From NCBI GenBank assembly GCA_021604805.1, contig BQJR01000002.1:936391-1000390 (forward strand): 64,000 nucleotides of DNA, written 5' to 3'. This document shows positions 1 to 9,690 of this stretch, one piece after another. The notes beneath the pieces are model-generated. The model saw only the letters and a list, made by a program, of their open reading frames with translations, ran no database searches and had not been told where the DNA came from. Position numbers and translations under genes: made by a program. The stretch comes from Planctomycetota bacterium (GTDB lineage Bacteria > Planctomycetota > B15-G4). Each line of letters starts with the position of its first letter. Positions within the stretch are counted from its first letter, which is position 1.

Positions 1-773
1 GCTGTCCTTTCGCCGAGACGCTTCACGAAGCGAGCGTAGTCGTCGGGTGTGTCGATTCCCAGGCCGTCATTGTCGCTGGAAATCACGCCGATGGACATGC
101 CCATGGCGAGCGCGCGGAGCTGTTCCAGGCGCTCGCGGAGCTCGATCCGGGCTGGCGGCGCGGCGGCGAAGCGCAGCAGCGCGTCGCGGCGCCAGGCGTA
201 GACGCCGAGATGCAGCCAGATGCCCTCGGGGTCGCTGCCGTGCGGGATCGTGGAGCGCGAGAAGTAGAGCGCGCGGCCGGCGTCGCTGCAGACGACTTTC
301 ACGGCGTTCGGGTCCACGGCGAGGTCGGCCTCGTGCGCGCCGAGCGGCCGCGCCATCGTGGCCAGCTCGTCGCCGTGTTCGTGCAGCCGGGCCACCAAGC
401 GCTCGAGGTCTTCGGGTTCGATCTCGGGCTCGTCGCCCTGCACGTTCACCAGGATCTCGTGGGGCAGGCGGCCGGCCACCTCGGCCATGCGGTCGGTGCC
501 CGAAGGGTGCGACGGGTCGGTCATGAGCGCTTCGGCGCCGAAAGCCGCGCAGGCCTCGGCGATGCGCGCGTCGTCCGTGGCCACCACGACATCGCTGAAG
601 CAGCGCGCGCGACGTACCTGTTCCCACACGTGCTGGATGAGCGGCTTGCCCGTCTCGGCGAGCAGCGGTTTCCCCGGCAGCCGGGTCGACGCCCAACGCG
701 CGGGGATCACGGCGGCCGCGCGCGGCGCGTCGTCGTCGCGCGGCGCGTTGCTGTCGCGCGCTGAGTCACTCAC
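1..773 (-). CDS. kdsB: 3-deoxy-manno-octulosonate cytidylyltransferase (CMP-Kdo synthetase), 3' end runs off the window
   Basis: Not in the ORF track because the stop lies outside the window. Manual translation from GTG at 773: MSDSARD...AVIPARWASTRLPGKPLLAETGKPLIQHVWE...VATDD...HPSGTDR...VNVQGDEP...GIDTPDDY, which are KdsB motifs. The start overlaps the upstream stop (GTGA). Confidence 0.93.
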   Translation of the reverse strand, partial: MSDSARDSNAPRDDDAPRAAAVIPARWASTRLPGKPLLAETGKPLIQHVWEQVRRARCFSDVVVATDDARIAEACAAFGAEALMTDPSHPSGTDRMAEVAGRLPHEILVNVQGDEPEIEPEDLERLVARLHEHGDELATMARPLGAHEADLAVDPNAVKVVCSDAGRALYFSRSTIPHGSDPEGIWLHLGVYAWRRDALLRFAAAPPARIELRERLEQLRALAMGMSIGVISSDNDGLGIDTPDDYARFVKRLGERT

Positions 774-1384
774 GCGTCGACCTCGACATCCACTTCGACT
801 TCTTGATCGCGCAGCCGACTGTGCCCCTCTGGATTGGCGACGAACTGCAGCCCGCCCACGTGCGAGTAGTACTCGTTCATGATCAGCTTGCACTGACCGA
901 AGGCGGTGCGCGCCTCGCGGTCGGCACTGTCTTGCGGCTCGAGCCACTCGGACCACACGCCGTCGCGCAGCACGTGCAGGCTGCTGGGGAGTGCCGCGCC
1001 CAGTGTCTTCGAAGCCGTGCCGCCTGGCGCTCCGATCGCCCGCGCTCCCGTGCTCGGCCCACTCCCGCCACGCGTGGCGTGCCGATCGAAACCGGCGCGC
1101 TCCAAGGAAGCCAGCAACTGTCCGATGAGCTGGTCGGGCGCGAGCTTCAGATCCGCGTTCTTGCGCTGCTCCGAGTACACGTCTTGGAGGCCCGGATGCG
1201 TCTCGTTGGCGAGCGCGAGCTGGATCCCTTGCTCGGCGTCGTACAATCGCACCTCCACGCGGCTCCCCGCGGGGAAGGTCACTTCCGGGATCGACGAGCA
1301 GGCGCCCGCGCTGAGCCCCAGCAACAAGAGGGCCAGCCAGGGGCCGGGTCGACAGCGAGCAGTTCTCGGGATGGAAGGCAGCAT
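770..1384 (-). CDS. hypothetical lipoprotein
   Basis: ATG at 1384 gives MLPSIPR...WLALLLLGLSAGAC (hydrophobic stretch plus lipobox-like Cys). Translationally coupled to kdsB. Confidence 0.65.
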   Translation of the reverse strand: MLPSIPRTARCRPGPWLALLLLGLSAGACSSIPEVTFPAGSRVEVRLYDAEQGIQLALANETHPGLQDVYSEQRKNADLKLAPDQLIGQLLASLERAGFDRHATRGGSGPSTGARAIGAPGGTASKTLGAALPSSLHVLRDGVWSEWLEPQDSADREARTAFGQCKLIMNEYYSHVGGLQFVANPEGHSRLRDQEVEVDVEVDA

Positions 1385-1472
1385 TCGCGGGGGCCGTGAG
1401 AGTTTCCGGAGTGCGTCAAGCCGAGGGTTCGGCGGCGCGCGCAACCCCCATGGGAAGGCAAGGCCCGAGAGC

Positions 1473-2171
1473 GTGTCAAGCGCAGCACCCAGCAAGGTCG
1501 TTCCGCCGTGCACGCGCGAGGAGCTGAACAGCTTCCCGTCGCAGCTCGTGAAGGACGAAGGCCCCGGCGCGCCGCAGGTCACGCGCTTCGAGCTCCCCGA
1601 GGGCGCCGTGATCCTCAAGGAGTGGACGCCGTCGGGTCATTTCCTGCTGCGTTGGTGGGCCGGCCAGATCATGCGCCGCGAGATGCAGCACTACGCGCTG
1701 CTCGACGGCACGCCCGGCATCCCGCGCTTCCGCGGCGCCTTCGATCGCAACGCCTTCCTGATCCAGTGGGTCGACGCGCAACCGCTCAAGCGCCGGCTCG
1801 GCAAGCCGCTCATGGAAACCGCGCTCGACAACCTCGAACGCGTGCTCGCCGGCCTGCACCAACGCCGCTTCGCGCACCTCGATCTGCATCAGCGCCTGAA
1901 CACGCTCGTCGGGGCTGACGGCGAAGTCTGGCTGATCGACCTCGGCCAAGGTCTCAACTGTCAGCGCGGTCCGATCCGTCGCCTGCTCTTCCCGCTGCTC
2001 GCGCGCATCGACCGGCGCGCGCTCGACAAGTTCCGCGCGCGCTACGTGCCGCACACGATCCCCGAGGCCCGTCGCGATCGCCTCGTGAAGCGCTACGGCG
2101 AGCGCAAGACGGACCACTTCAAGCACTTCCACCGCTGGGTGCGCCGCCTGCTCTCCGACGACGCCGACTGA
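1473..2171 (+). CDS. small kinase-fold protein (RIO1/Kdo-WaaP LPS kinase-like)
   Basis: ILKEW lysine strand, catalytic loop HLDLHQRLN and LIDLG (DFG-like). Start re-picked at GTG 1473. Confidence 0.7.
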   Translation: MSSAAPSKVVPPCTREELNSFPSQLVKDEGPGAPQVTRFELPEGAVILKEWTPSGHFLLRWWAGQIMRREMQHYALLDGTPGIPRFRGAFDRNAFLIQWVDAQPLKRRLGKPLMETALDNLERVLAGLHQRRFAHLDLHQRLNTLVGADGEVWLIDLGQGLNCQRGPIRRLLFPLLARIDRRALDKFRARYVPHTIPEARRDRLVKRYGERKTDHFKHFHRWVRRLLSDDAD

Positions 2172-2181
2172 TCGCGACGCG

Positions 2182-3591
2182 TCAGAACTGGAAGTAGATG
2201 AACGCGTTGGAGCTCGACATCACGAAGATCAGCACGCCGATCACGAGCCCCATCAGCACGCCTTGCACCACGGTGGGCAGCGCGAGCAGTCGCTTGGTGA
2301 AGCCCGCGTAGAATTTGGCCGGCTGGTAGTGCGTGAGGATGCTGGCCGCGATGGCCAACCAAGCCCAGATGGGCAGCTCGTTGCCCTCGCCGAACTCGGT
2401 GAGCACGGCCGCCACCGACTCGAAGGACTCGCCGCGCACCGCGAGCAGCGTGAAGGACACGAAGCTCAGCGTGAACACGAAGGACAGCGCCTTCTTGAAG
2501 GGCGTCGTGGCGAACTGTTTGCCGCCGCGCAGACGCTCGAACCAACGCTCGAGCGCCATGGCGATGCCCTGGAACAAGCCGTAGAGCAGCCAGAGCACGC
2601 TGGCACCGTGCCACAACCCGATGATCACCATGGTGACGATCAGGTTGAACACCACGCGCGGTTCGCTGGCTTTGCTGCCGCCCAGCGGGAAGTACACGTA
2701 GTCGCGCACCCAGAACGAGAGCGTGGTGTGCCAGCGTCGCCAGAACTCGCGGATCGACTTGGACTGCATCGGCTGCAGGAAGTTCTCGGGCAGGTCGAAG
2801 CCGAACAGTCGCGCGGTGCCGATGGCGATGTCGGAGTAGCCCGAGAAGTCGAAGTAGATCTGGAACGAGAAGCCGAAGGTCGCGAGCACGTGCACCCACG
2901 CTGCCCACTCTCCGGGTGAGTTGTGCACCGGGTCCACGAGGTAGAGCGCGAGCGTGTCGGCGATGAGCGCCTTCTTCATCAGGCCCGTGCCGATGCGGTA
3001 CAGGCCGTCGTGCAGGCGGGCGCGGTCGAAGCGCGGCTTCCACTCGAGCTGCGGCAAGAAGCTGCTCGCGCGCACGATCGGTCCCGCGACGAGCTGCGGG
3101 AAGAAGCTCACGAAGAGCGCGAAGTCGAGCAGGTTGCGCGCCGGCTTGAGCGTGCCGCGGTACACGTCGATCGTGTAGGAGAGCGTTTGGAACGTGTAGA
3201 AGGAGATGCCCACGGGCACCACCGCGCTCCAGGCGGCCGTGCGCAGCGCCGCGCCCGCGCCGTCTTCGGGGAGCACGGGTTCGAGCAGTTCCACGGTCCA
3301 CAGCGAGTACTTGAAGTAAGCCAGCAACCCGAGGTTGCCGGCCAGGCTGAGGAGCAGCACGGCCTTGCGCCGCGACTTCGTGGTCGACGCCTCCATCCAC
3401 TGTGCGCAGTGATAATCGAGCACGGTGGAGAACACGATCAGCAGCAGGAACCACGGCTCCCACGATCCGTAGAACACGTAGCTGGCGGCGAGCAGCAGCA
3501 CGCTGCGCGCGTTGCGGTGTCCGGCGATCAGCCAGAACAGGCCGAGCACGATGGCCAGGAAGACGCCGAACTGCCAGGTGTGGAAGGCCAA
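2182..3591 (-). CDS. MBOAT family O-acyltransferase (AlgI/PatA/DltB-like)
   Basis: Multi-TM protein with PVGISFYTFQ, FFPQLVAGPI, QIYFDFSGYSD, FWRRWH and GLWHGA (catalytic His). Confidence 0.93.
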   Translation of the reverse strand: MAFHTWQFGVFLAIVLGLFWLIAGHRNARSVLLLAASYVFYGSWEPWFLLLIVFSTVLDYHCAQWMEASTTKSRRKAVLLLSLAGNLGLLAYFKYSLWTVELLEPVLPEDGAGAALRTAAWSAVVPVGISFYTFQTLSYTIDVYRGTLKPARNLLDFALFVSFFPQLVAGPIVRASSFLPQLEWKPRFDRARLHDGLYRIGTGLMKKALIADTLALYLVDPVHNSPGEWAAWVHVLATFGFSFQIYFDFSGYSDIAIGTARLFGFDLPENFLQPMQSKSIREFWRRWHTTLSFWVRDYVYFPLGGSKASEPRVVFNLIVTMVIIGLWHGASVLWLLYGLFQGIAMALERWFERLRGGKQFATTPFKKALSFVFTLSFVSFTLLAVRGESFESVAAVLTEFGEGNELPIWAWLAIAASILTHYQPAKFYAGFTKRLLALPTVVQGVLMGLVIGVLIFVMSSSNAFIYFQF

Positions 3592-3600
3592 GGTTCCGGG

Positions 3601-4773
3601 TCAGCCTCGGGGGTTCGCTTGGCGACGGGCGGCGAGCGTGTCGAGCAGCTCGGGCTCTTGCTCGAAGGCGCGCATGAGTTCCGTGCCGATGATGCGATGG
3701 CCGAGTGCCGACCAGTGACGCTCGTCCACGGTGAAGCGGTCCACGTTGGAACCGATCTGCAGGATGGCCTCGTCGAGTACCCAGACTTTGAAGCCGATGC
3801 CCTCGAGGCGTGCGCGCAACGCGAGCGTGGGTTCCTCACGCGGCATGTCGAGCGCCGGGCCGCCGCGCTGCGTGCTCGAGAGCTTCCACTTGTTCCAGAT
3901 CTCGTCGCTGCCCTGGTGCGCTTCAGGGATCAGTACCGCGCGCACTTCCACCTCGTGTTGCGCGGCGAAGGCGGCGAACTCGCGCAGCTCGTTCCACACC
4001 GGCTGCATCATCGACTCGGCCTCGGCGCTGCGTGGCCGTTCGCTGTAGATGAAGCGCCGCAGCTCCGGGGGGCGATCTCCCGACGACGCCAGTTGGGCCC
4101 GGTAGCGCGCGTAGAGGTTGGAGCCGAGCAGCAGCTTGTGGGCGCGCACCGCGAGTGACGCGAAGACCGCGGGGAAGGCTTCCACCACGTCGCGGGGGGC
4201 GATCTCGCCGTCGACCGTGGTCCAGTTCGCCGCCGACGAGGGGTCGAGCAGCATCTGCGCGCCGGGCGAGATCACGAGCAGGATCAGGTCGGGCTGCAGC
4301 ACCGGGTTCAGCTTCATCGCGCGACGTGCCGACTGCATCGCCGAGTACCCGTTCACGCCGCCGTTCAGCACGCGCGTGCCCGGGTGCTCGCGGCTCAGCA
4401 GCGTTTGCAGCACGTTCGACCAGATCTGGTCGTCTTCATCGGTGCCATCGCCGAAGGTGCGCGAGGCGCCCATGCCCAGCAGGCGCAGCTCGCGCGGGTC
4501 GGCGTCGGCGGGGATCTCGGGGCCGCGCAGGCCGTGCGAGTTGATGTGGGTCTTGCCGTCGTTGAGCGTGGCGCCGGGCTTGTTGGTCCAGGCGAGGTGC
4601 TCGTCGACCTCCAGCGCTCCGGGGCGGCGCAGATCGCGGTCGGTGTCGTAGGCGCCAGCGGCGAAGTCGGCGATCACGAGCCCGACAAGAATGCCGACGC
4701 CCACTTTGCAGAGCGCCCCGAAGACGAATCGCCGCGTGGGCAACGTGTCGGTGGGGGAGCCTTCGGCGGTCAT
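3601..4773 (-). CDS. SGNH/GDSL hydrolase-fold protein, probable O-acetyltransferase partner (AlgJ/PatB-like)
   Basis: N-terminal TM, HINSHGLRG, GASRTFG (block I Ser), NGGVNGY and DERHWS (DxxH). Lies directly upstream of the MBOAT gene. Confidence 0.8.
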   Translation of the reverse strand: MTAEGSPTDTLPTRRFVFGALCKVGVGILVGLVIADFAAGAYDTDRDLRRPGALEVDEHLAWTNKPGATLNDGKTHINSHGLRGPEIPADADPRELRLLGMGASRTFGDGTDEDDQIWSNVLQTLLSREHPGTRVLNGGVNGYSAMQSARRAMKLNPVLQPDLILLVISPGAQMLLDPSSAANWTTVDGEIAPRDVVEAFPAVFASLAVRAHKLLLGSNLYARYRAQLASSGDRPPELRRFIYSERPRSAEAESMMQPVWNELREFAAFAAQHEVEVRAVLIPEAHQGSDEIWNKWKLSSTQRGGPALDMPREEPTLALRARLEGIGFKVWVLDEAILQIGSNVDRFTVDERHWSALGHRIIGTELMRAFEQEPELLDTLAARRQANPRG

Positions 4774-5183
4774 CGCGCGCGGTCGAATCGGGAGTCGGGA
4801 CGTCCGTTGGTGCCCGGCCACGCGAGGCCGACCAAAGGTGAACGCCCAAGACTACCCCATCGACGGAGCGTGAGGCAGCGGTGAGCGAAGCAGGTGCGCG
4901 GCGCTCCCGAGCGGGGGGCGTTGCGCGCGGCGCCGCACTCGGGGGCGGGTGAGGTGCGCGCTCGGGTCACTGTGAGCGAGCACTCGGGCGTCGTCGCCTC
5001 GCGCTTCATGCCGCGCGCGTTCGAGAATTCGAACACCCAAGATCACGGTGTCGGCTGTCGCGTGCGCAACTTGATCCTGTGGTGGGGACTAGATTCGGCG
5101 ACAGTGCGGGCCTAGTATCGCCGTCGCGGTTGTTAAGTGTGTTTGTTTCCCAAGCAGTAGGCGGTGATCTGGGAGGGTGTGCC

Positions 5184-6002
5184 GTGGACGGCGTCGAGCG
5201 CGTCATGGTGCTCGGGATCTTCATTGTGATCGTGTTGATCCTGGGTGTCTTGGCTTGGGATGCGAGCAGTGAAGACCCAACAGCAGTGCTGGCTCCGGGA
5301 GCTGATGGCGGTTCCGGAGCCAGTTCTGCTGCCTTGAGCGACAACAGTTCGGAAGGCAGGGCTTCGAACCCACGCGGTGAGATGGCTCCCGGTCCGTCGC
5401 TCTCCGAGCGGCTGCTCGAGCGTCGTCGGAAGGACAACCGGGCCGGGAGCGACGAGTTGCGCGCCGGCGTCGGCCGTCCCGCGGAGCGCCCCGGCGCCAA
5501 GCAGGCCGACGAGCGCGTGGCCCACGCGAGCACGAAAGAGCCCGCCTCGCAGAGCGCGCCGCGCTCCGAGGTCCCCAGCCTGAGCTCGTCCACCCGCGTC
5601 CCCACCAGCAAGCCCGCGCTGCGCACCCACACGGTGCAAGAGGGCGACACCGCTTGGCGCATCGCCAGCAAGCACTACGGCCCCGGCGACATGAACGCGA
5701 TCCTCGACATGATCCAGGACGCGAACCCCGGCCTCGACCTCGAGCAGTTGGGTCTCGGTCAGGTCATCACGTTGCCGGCCAAGGCGCCCGCCAACGCGGT
5801 GCTCCCCGCTCCGCAAGAGCGCGCCGCCGCCGGGGAAGGCCGCCTCTACAAGGTGGTGTCCGGCGACACGCTGCACGGCATCGCGCAGGAGCAGTTCAAC
5901 GACTCCGGTCGCTGGAAAGAGATCTACGACCTCAACCGGCACCTGATCGCCAGCCCGTCCGACCTGTCTGTCGGCGTGACGCTGGTGCTCCCCGAGAAGT
6001 AG
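5184..6002 (+). CDS. LysM peptidoglycan-binding protein (N-terminal TM anchor, two LysM domains)
   Basis: HTVQEGDTAWRIASKHYG and YKVVSGDTLHGIAQEQF...IYDLNR. GGAGG lies upstream of GTG 5184. Confidence 0.9.
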   Translation: MDGVERVMVLGIFIVIVLILGVLAWDASSEDPTAVLAPGADGGSGASSAALSDNSSEGRASNPRGEMAPGPSLSERLLERRRKDNRAGSDELRAGVGRPAERPGAKQADERVAHASTKEPASQSAPRSEVPSLSSSTRVPTSKPALRTHTVQEGDTAWRIASKHYGPGDMNAILDMIQDANPGLDLEQLGLGQVITLPAKAPANAVLPAPQERAAAGEGRLYKVVSGDTLHGIAQEQFNDSGRWKEIYDLNRHLIASPSDLSVGVTLVLPEK

Positions 6003-6009
6003 GCCGCGC

Positions 6010-7161
6010 ATGACAGGCCGCCTGCTGGTCGGCCTGATGTCGGGGACTTCTTGCGACGGTGTCGACGCCGTCCTCGCGAGCTTCAGCGGCACACCCGGCG
6101 CCGCCGACTTCAGCGCGCGCGTGTTGGCGCACGCGCAACGCTCGTACAGCGCGAGCTTCCGTGGGCGACTGTTGCGCTTGCCGGGGGCGCGCGCGCCCGA
6201 ACTCGCGCGTCTCGATCGTGAGCTCGCCGAGCGCTTCGCCGAAGCGGTGAGTGACGCCTTGCAGCTCGCAGGTGTCGCGCGGGACGACGTGCGTGCCGTG
6301 GCCTGCGCGGGTCACACCGCCGTGCACCTCCCCCCCGACGAACACGACGAAGGCGGCACGCTCGTGCTCGGCGACGGCGACCGCATCGCCGCGCTCTGCG
6401 GCCTGCCCGTGCTCTCCGAGTTGCGCGCCGCCGACCGCGCCGTGGGCGGCATGGGCGCACCGCTCGTACCCTTCGCCGACGCCTGCTTGCTGCGCGACCC
6501 CGAGCGCCCCGTGGCCACGCTGAACCTCGGCGGCATCGCGAACCTCACCTGGATCCCGCCCGAAGGCGCGCCGCTGGCCTTCGACACCGGCCCCGGCAAC
6601 ATGCTGCTCGATGCGCTCGTCCACTCACGCAGCAACGGGGAGCAGACGCACGACAGCGGCGGCGCGCTCGGCTTGGCCGGCGAGCCGGATCTCGCCTGGC
6701 TGCAGCGCACGCTCGCCACCGACGACTTCGTGAGCGCCGCGCCGCCCAAGTCCACCGGACGCGAGCGCTACGGCGCGAGCTTCCTGCGCACCCACGCCGC
6801 CGCCCTCGATGCGCTCTCCCTGCGCGACGCCTGCGCGACGCTGGCCGCGTACACGGTCGAGTGCGTGGTGCACGCGCTGCGTACGCACACACCGGCGCCG
6901 CCCGCGCAGCTGGTCGTGTCGGGCGGCGGCGCGCTCAACGATTGCCTGATGCACGGACTGCGCGCGCGCTTGCCCGAAGTGCTCGTGGCCGACAGCGAGG
7001 CCGCGCTGGGCGTTCCGGTCTTCGCGCGCGAAGCGCTGGCCATGGCGCTGCTCGCCGACGCTTCGCTGCTCGAGCTGCCCGGCAACGTCCCCGGGGTGAC
7101 GGGGGCGAGGCGTGCTGTGCGTCTCGGCAAGCTGAGCCCCGGCCCGCGCTCCTGGCGCTGA
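6010..7161 (+). CDS. anmK: anhydro-N-acetylmuramic acid kinase
   Basis: GLMSGTSCDGVDA, GGMGAPLVP, NLGGIANLT, FDTGPGNMLLD, PKSTGRE, SGGGALN, REALAMA. Confidence 0.95.
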   Translation: MTGRLLVGLMSGTSCDGVDAVLASFSGTPGAADFSARVLAHAQRSYSASFRGRLLRLPGARAPELARLDRELAERFAEAVSDALQLAGVARDDVRAVACAGHTAVHLPPDEHDEGGTLVLGDGDRIAALCGLPVLSELRAADRAVGGMGAPLVPFADACLLRDPERPVATLNLGGIANLTWIPPEGAPLAFDTGPGNMLLDALVHSRSNGEQTHDSGGALGLAGEPDLAWLQRTLATDDFVSAAPPKSTGRERYGASFLRTHAAALDALSLRDACATLAAYTVECVVHALRTHTPAPPAQLVVSGGGALNDCLMHGLRARLPEVLVADSEAALGVPVFAREALAMALLADASLLELPGNVPGVTGARRAVRLGKLSPGPRSWR

Positions 7162-7243
7162 CCGCGCGCCCCGCGGTCGCTTCGCTTGCGCCTCGCCCGT
7201 GCGGGGGTCATGCTTCCGCGCTCGCCTCGCCTGGAGATTCGTC

Positions 7244-8107
7244 ATGGAGCCCGTTCGCATCGCCGTCATCGGAGGCTCCGGTCTCTACTCGATGGAAGGC
7301 CTCGACAAGGTGCGCGAGGTCACGCCCGACACGCCCTTCGGCAAGCCCAGCGACGCGATCACCGTGGCCGAGCTCGATGGCATCCCGCTGGCCTTCCTGC
7401 CGCGTCACGGCAAGGGTCACCGCTTGTTGCCCACCGAAGTGCCGAGCCGCGCGAACATCGCCGCGCTCAAGGGTCTTGGCGTCGAGAAGATCTTGTCCTT
7501 CTCCGCCGTGGGCAGCTTGTGCCAGGAGATGGCGCCACGTCACTTCGTGGTGCCCGACCAGCTGATCGATCGCACGCGGCATCGTCCTGACACCTTCTTC
7601 GGCGACGGCATCGTGGGGCACGTGGCCTTCGCCGATCCCTTCGCCAACTCGCTCGGCAAGATCCTGTTCGACGGCATGGCCGAGCTGAACGATGTCACGC
7701 GGCATCACGGCGGCACACTCGTGTGCATGGAAGGCCCGCTGTTCAGCACGCGCGGCGAGAGCGAGCTCTACCGCAGCTGGGGGGCGCAGCTGATCAACAT
7801 GTCGGCGCTGCCCGAGAGCAAGCTCGCGCGCGAAGCCGGCATCGAGTACGGCCTCGTGTGCATGGTCACCGACTACGACTGCTGGCACACCGATCACGAC
7901 GACGTCGACATCCAGATGGTGATCGCCAACCTCGTCGCCAACGGGGCCAACGCCCAGGAGCTGATCCGCAAGGTGCTGCCCAAGGTGGCCGCCGCCCCGC
8001 GCGACGAAGCCATCGCCAAGGCCAGCGAGTTCGCCGTGATCACGGCGCCCGAGTTGCGCCCGGCCGACACCGTGGCGCGCTTGAAAGGCATCATCGACGG
8101 CATCTGA
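7244..8107 (+). CDS. mtnP: S-methyl-5'-thioadenosine phosphorylase
   Basis: IAVIGGSGLY, TPFGKPSD, FLPRHG, EGPLFSTRGES, NMSALPE, VTDYDCW. Confidence 0.93.
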   Translation: MEPVRIAVIGGSGLYSMEGLDKVREVTPDTPFGKPSDAITVAELDGIPLAFLPRHGKGHRLLPTEVPSRANIAALKGLGVEKILSFSAVGSLCQEMAPRHFVVPDQLIDRTRHRPDTFFGDGIVGHVAFADPFANSLGKILFDGMAELNDVTRHHGGTLVCMEGPLFSTRGESELYRSWGAQLINMSALPESKLAREAGIEYGLVCMVTDYDCWHTDHDDVDIQMVIANLVANGANAQELIRKVLPKVAAAPRDEAIAKASEFAVITAPELRPADTVARLKGIIDGI

Positions 8108-8225
8108 GCGCTGCGGCGCGCGCCCCGCTCGGGCAGGGAACCCACGTCAGAATCCGAGTCGGGAGCACTTCTTTGGTGCTCCTTTCCGGCCTCGCTGACA
8201 CCATGGGGGCTCACTCGGAGCTCCC

Positions 8226-9608
8226 ATGCGCCCGCTTCGCCGACTGTTCGTCTTGCCCGCCCTCGCGCTGCTCGCGACTTCGCTGAGCGCCGACACCCTG
8301 TTCGTCCCGGGGAACGCGGCCACGCTGAGCGAGGCTGCCGACCTCGCACAGCCGGGTGACCGGATCGTGCTGCGCGGCGCACAACCGTTGGGCGGCACGG
8401 TGCTCAACGACCTCACCGACATCGAGATCCTCGGCAAGGACGGCGCGCTGCTCGATGCCGCGGGCGACGACTACGCGCTGGCGCTGTCCGGTTGCAGCGG
8501 CGTGCGCGTGCGCGGGCTGCGCTTGGCGAACTCCGCGTCCCACGGACTCTTCGCGGTGGCTTGCGACGAACTCGACATCGAACGCGTGCGCATCGACCAC
8601 GCCGGCTTCGTGGGCCTGCTGCTCTCGAACTGCCACGGAGTGCGCATCACACGTCTGCGCGTGGAGAGCAGCTCCGGACCGAGCGTGAGCGCCAGCGAGA
8701 GCACCGACGTGGAACTCACGCGCTCGCAGCTCAACGACTCCGGCGGCAACGGCGTGTTGCTGTTCGACGCGCGCCGCGTGCTCGTGGACCGCGTGCGCGT
8801 GACCGACAGCGCCGGCCACGGCTTGTTCGCCGACGACTCGCTCGAGCTCGAGATCACCCGCAACCGCTTCCTGCGCCCGGGCGGCTCAGGCGTGATCCTG
8901 GACGGCAACCAGCAGGCCTCGCTGGTGCGCGACAACCTCGTACGTGCCGGCAACCTCGACGGCATCAGCGTGAGCGGCAGCACGACCGTCGTGGAGCGCA
9001 ACCGCATCCGCGACGTGCAGGGCTTCGGGCTGCGACTCAGCGGGCCCGCCGACGCCAACTTGCAGAGCCGCGACAACCGCATCCGCAACACCGTCGGGAA
9101 CGGCCTGGAGTTGACGACGTCCGATCAAGGCTCCGAGGGCGATCGCGTGCGCGCCGTCGGCGGACACGGCGCGCTCGTGCACGGCGACGGCCTCAACCTC
9201 ACCGACCTGCGCGTGACCCAGTGCGCGCTCGACGGCGTCCACGTGCAGCCCGCCGTCGCGCCCTTCTTCAACAGCGCCAACGTGTTCGACCACGTGCAGG
9301 TGCGCAAGGCCGGCGGGCACGGTTTCGCGGTGGAGCAAGGCACCGGCACCATGCTCGTCAGCGACTGCCGCGTGTCGGGCGCGCAAGGCCACGGCATGCT
9401 CCTCGAAGATGCCGGCGGCACCTACGACGACAACCGCGTGCGAGGCGCCGGCGAGAACGGCATCGACGTGAGCTCGGGCAACAACCTGTTCCGCGACAAC
9501 AAGGTCAACGGTTCGAGCGGCCTCGACCTCAACGACCATCCGCCCAGCGGTCAGTCGAACTTCTTCCTCGGCAACGACTTCGGCACGGGCGACCCGGCGC
9601 CGCTCTGA
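8226..9608 (+). CDS. secreted right-handed parallel beta-helix repeat protein
   Basis: Signal peptide (MRPLRRLFVLPALALLATSLSA), then AADLAQPGDRIVL and many ~22-aa G-[ILV]-x-[LV]...N-x-[IV] repeats. Confidence 0.85.
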   Translation: MRPLRRLFVLPALALLATSLSADTLFVPGNAATLSEAADLAQPGDRIVLRGAQPLGGTVLNDLTDIEILGKDGALLDAAGDDYALALSGCSGVRVRGLRLANSASHGLFAVACDELDIERVRIDHAGFVGLLLSNCHGVRITRLRVESSSGPSVSASESTDVELTRSQLNDSGGNGVLLFDARRVLVDRVRVTDSAGHGLFADDSLELEITRNRFLRPGGSGVILDGNQQASLVRDNLVRAGNLDGISVSGSTTVVERNRIRDVQGFGLRLSGPADANLQSRDNRIRNTVGNGLELTTSDQGSEGDRVRAVGGHGALVHGDGLNLTDLRVTQCALDGVHVQPAVAPFFNSANVFDHVQVRKAGGHGFAVEQGTGTMLVSDCRVSGAQGHGMLLEDAGGTYDDNRVRGAGENGIDVSSGNNLFRDNKVNGSSGLDLNDHPPSGQSNFFLGNDFGTGDPAPL

Positions 9609-9690
9609 GCTGGCGGTGCGTGCGGCGCGAACGCCACGCGCGCCGACGCAGCCTGCGAGCGTTGTGCCACCGCGCTGCGAGCCGCGCGGC

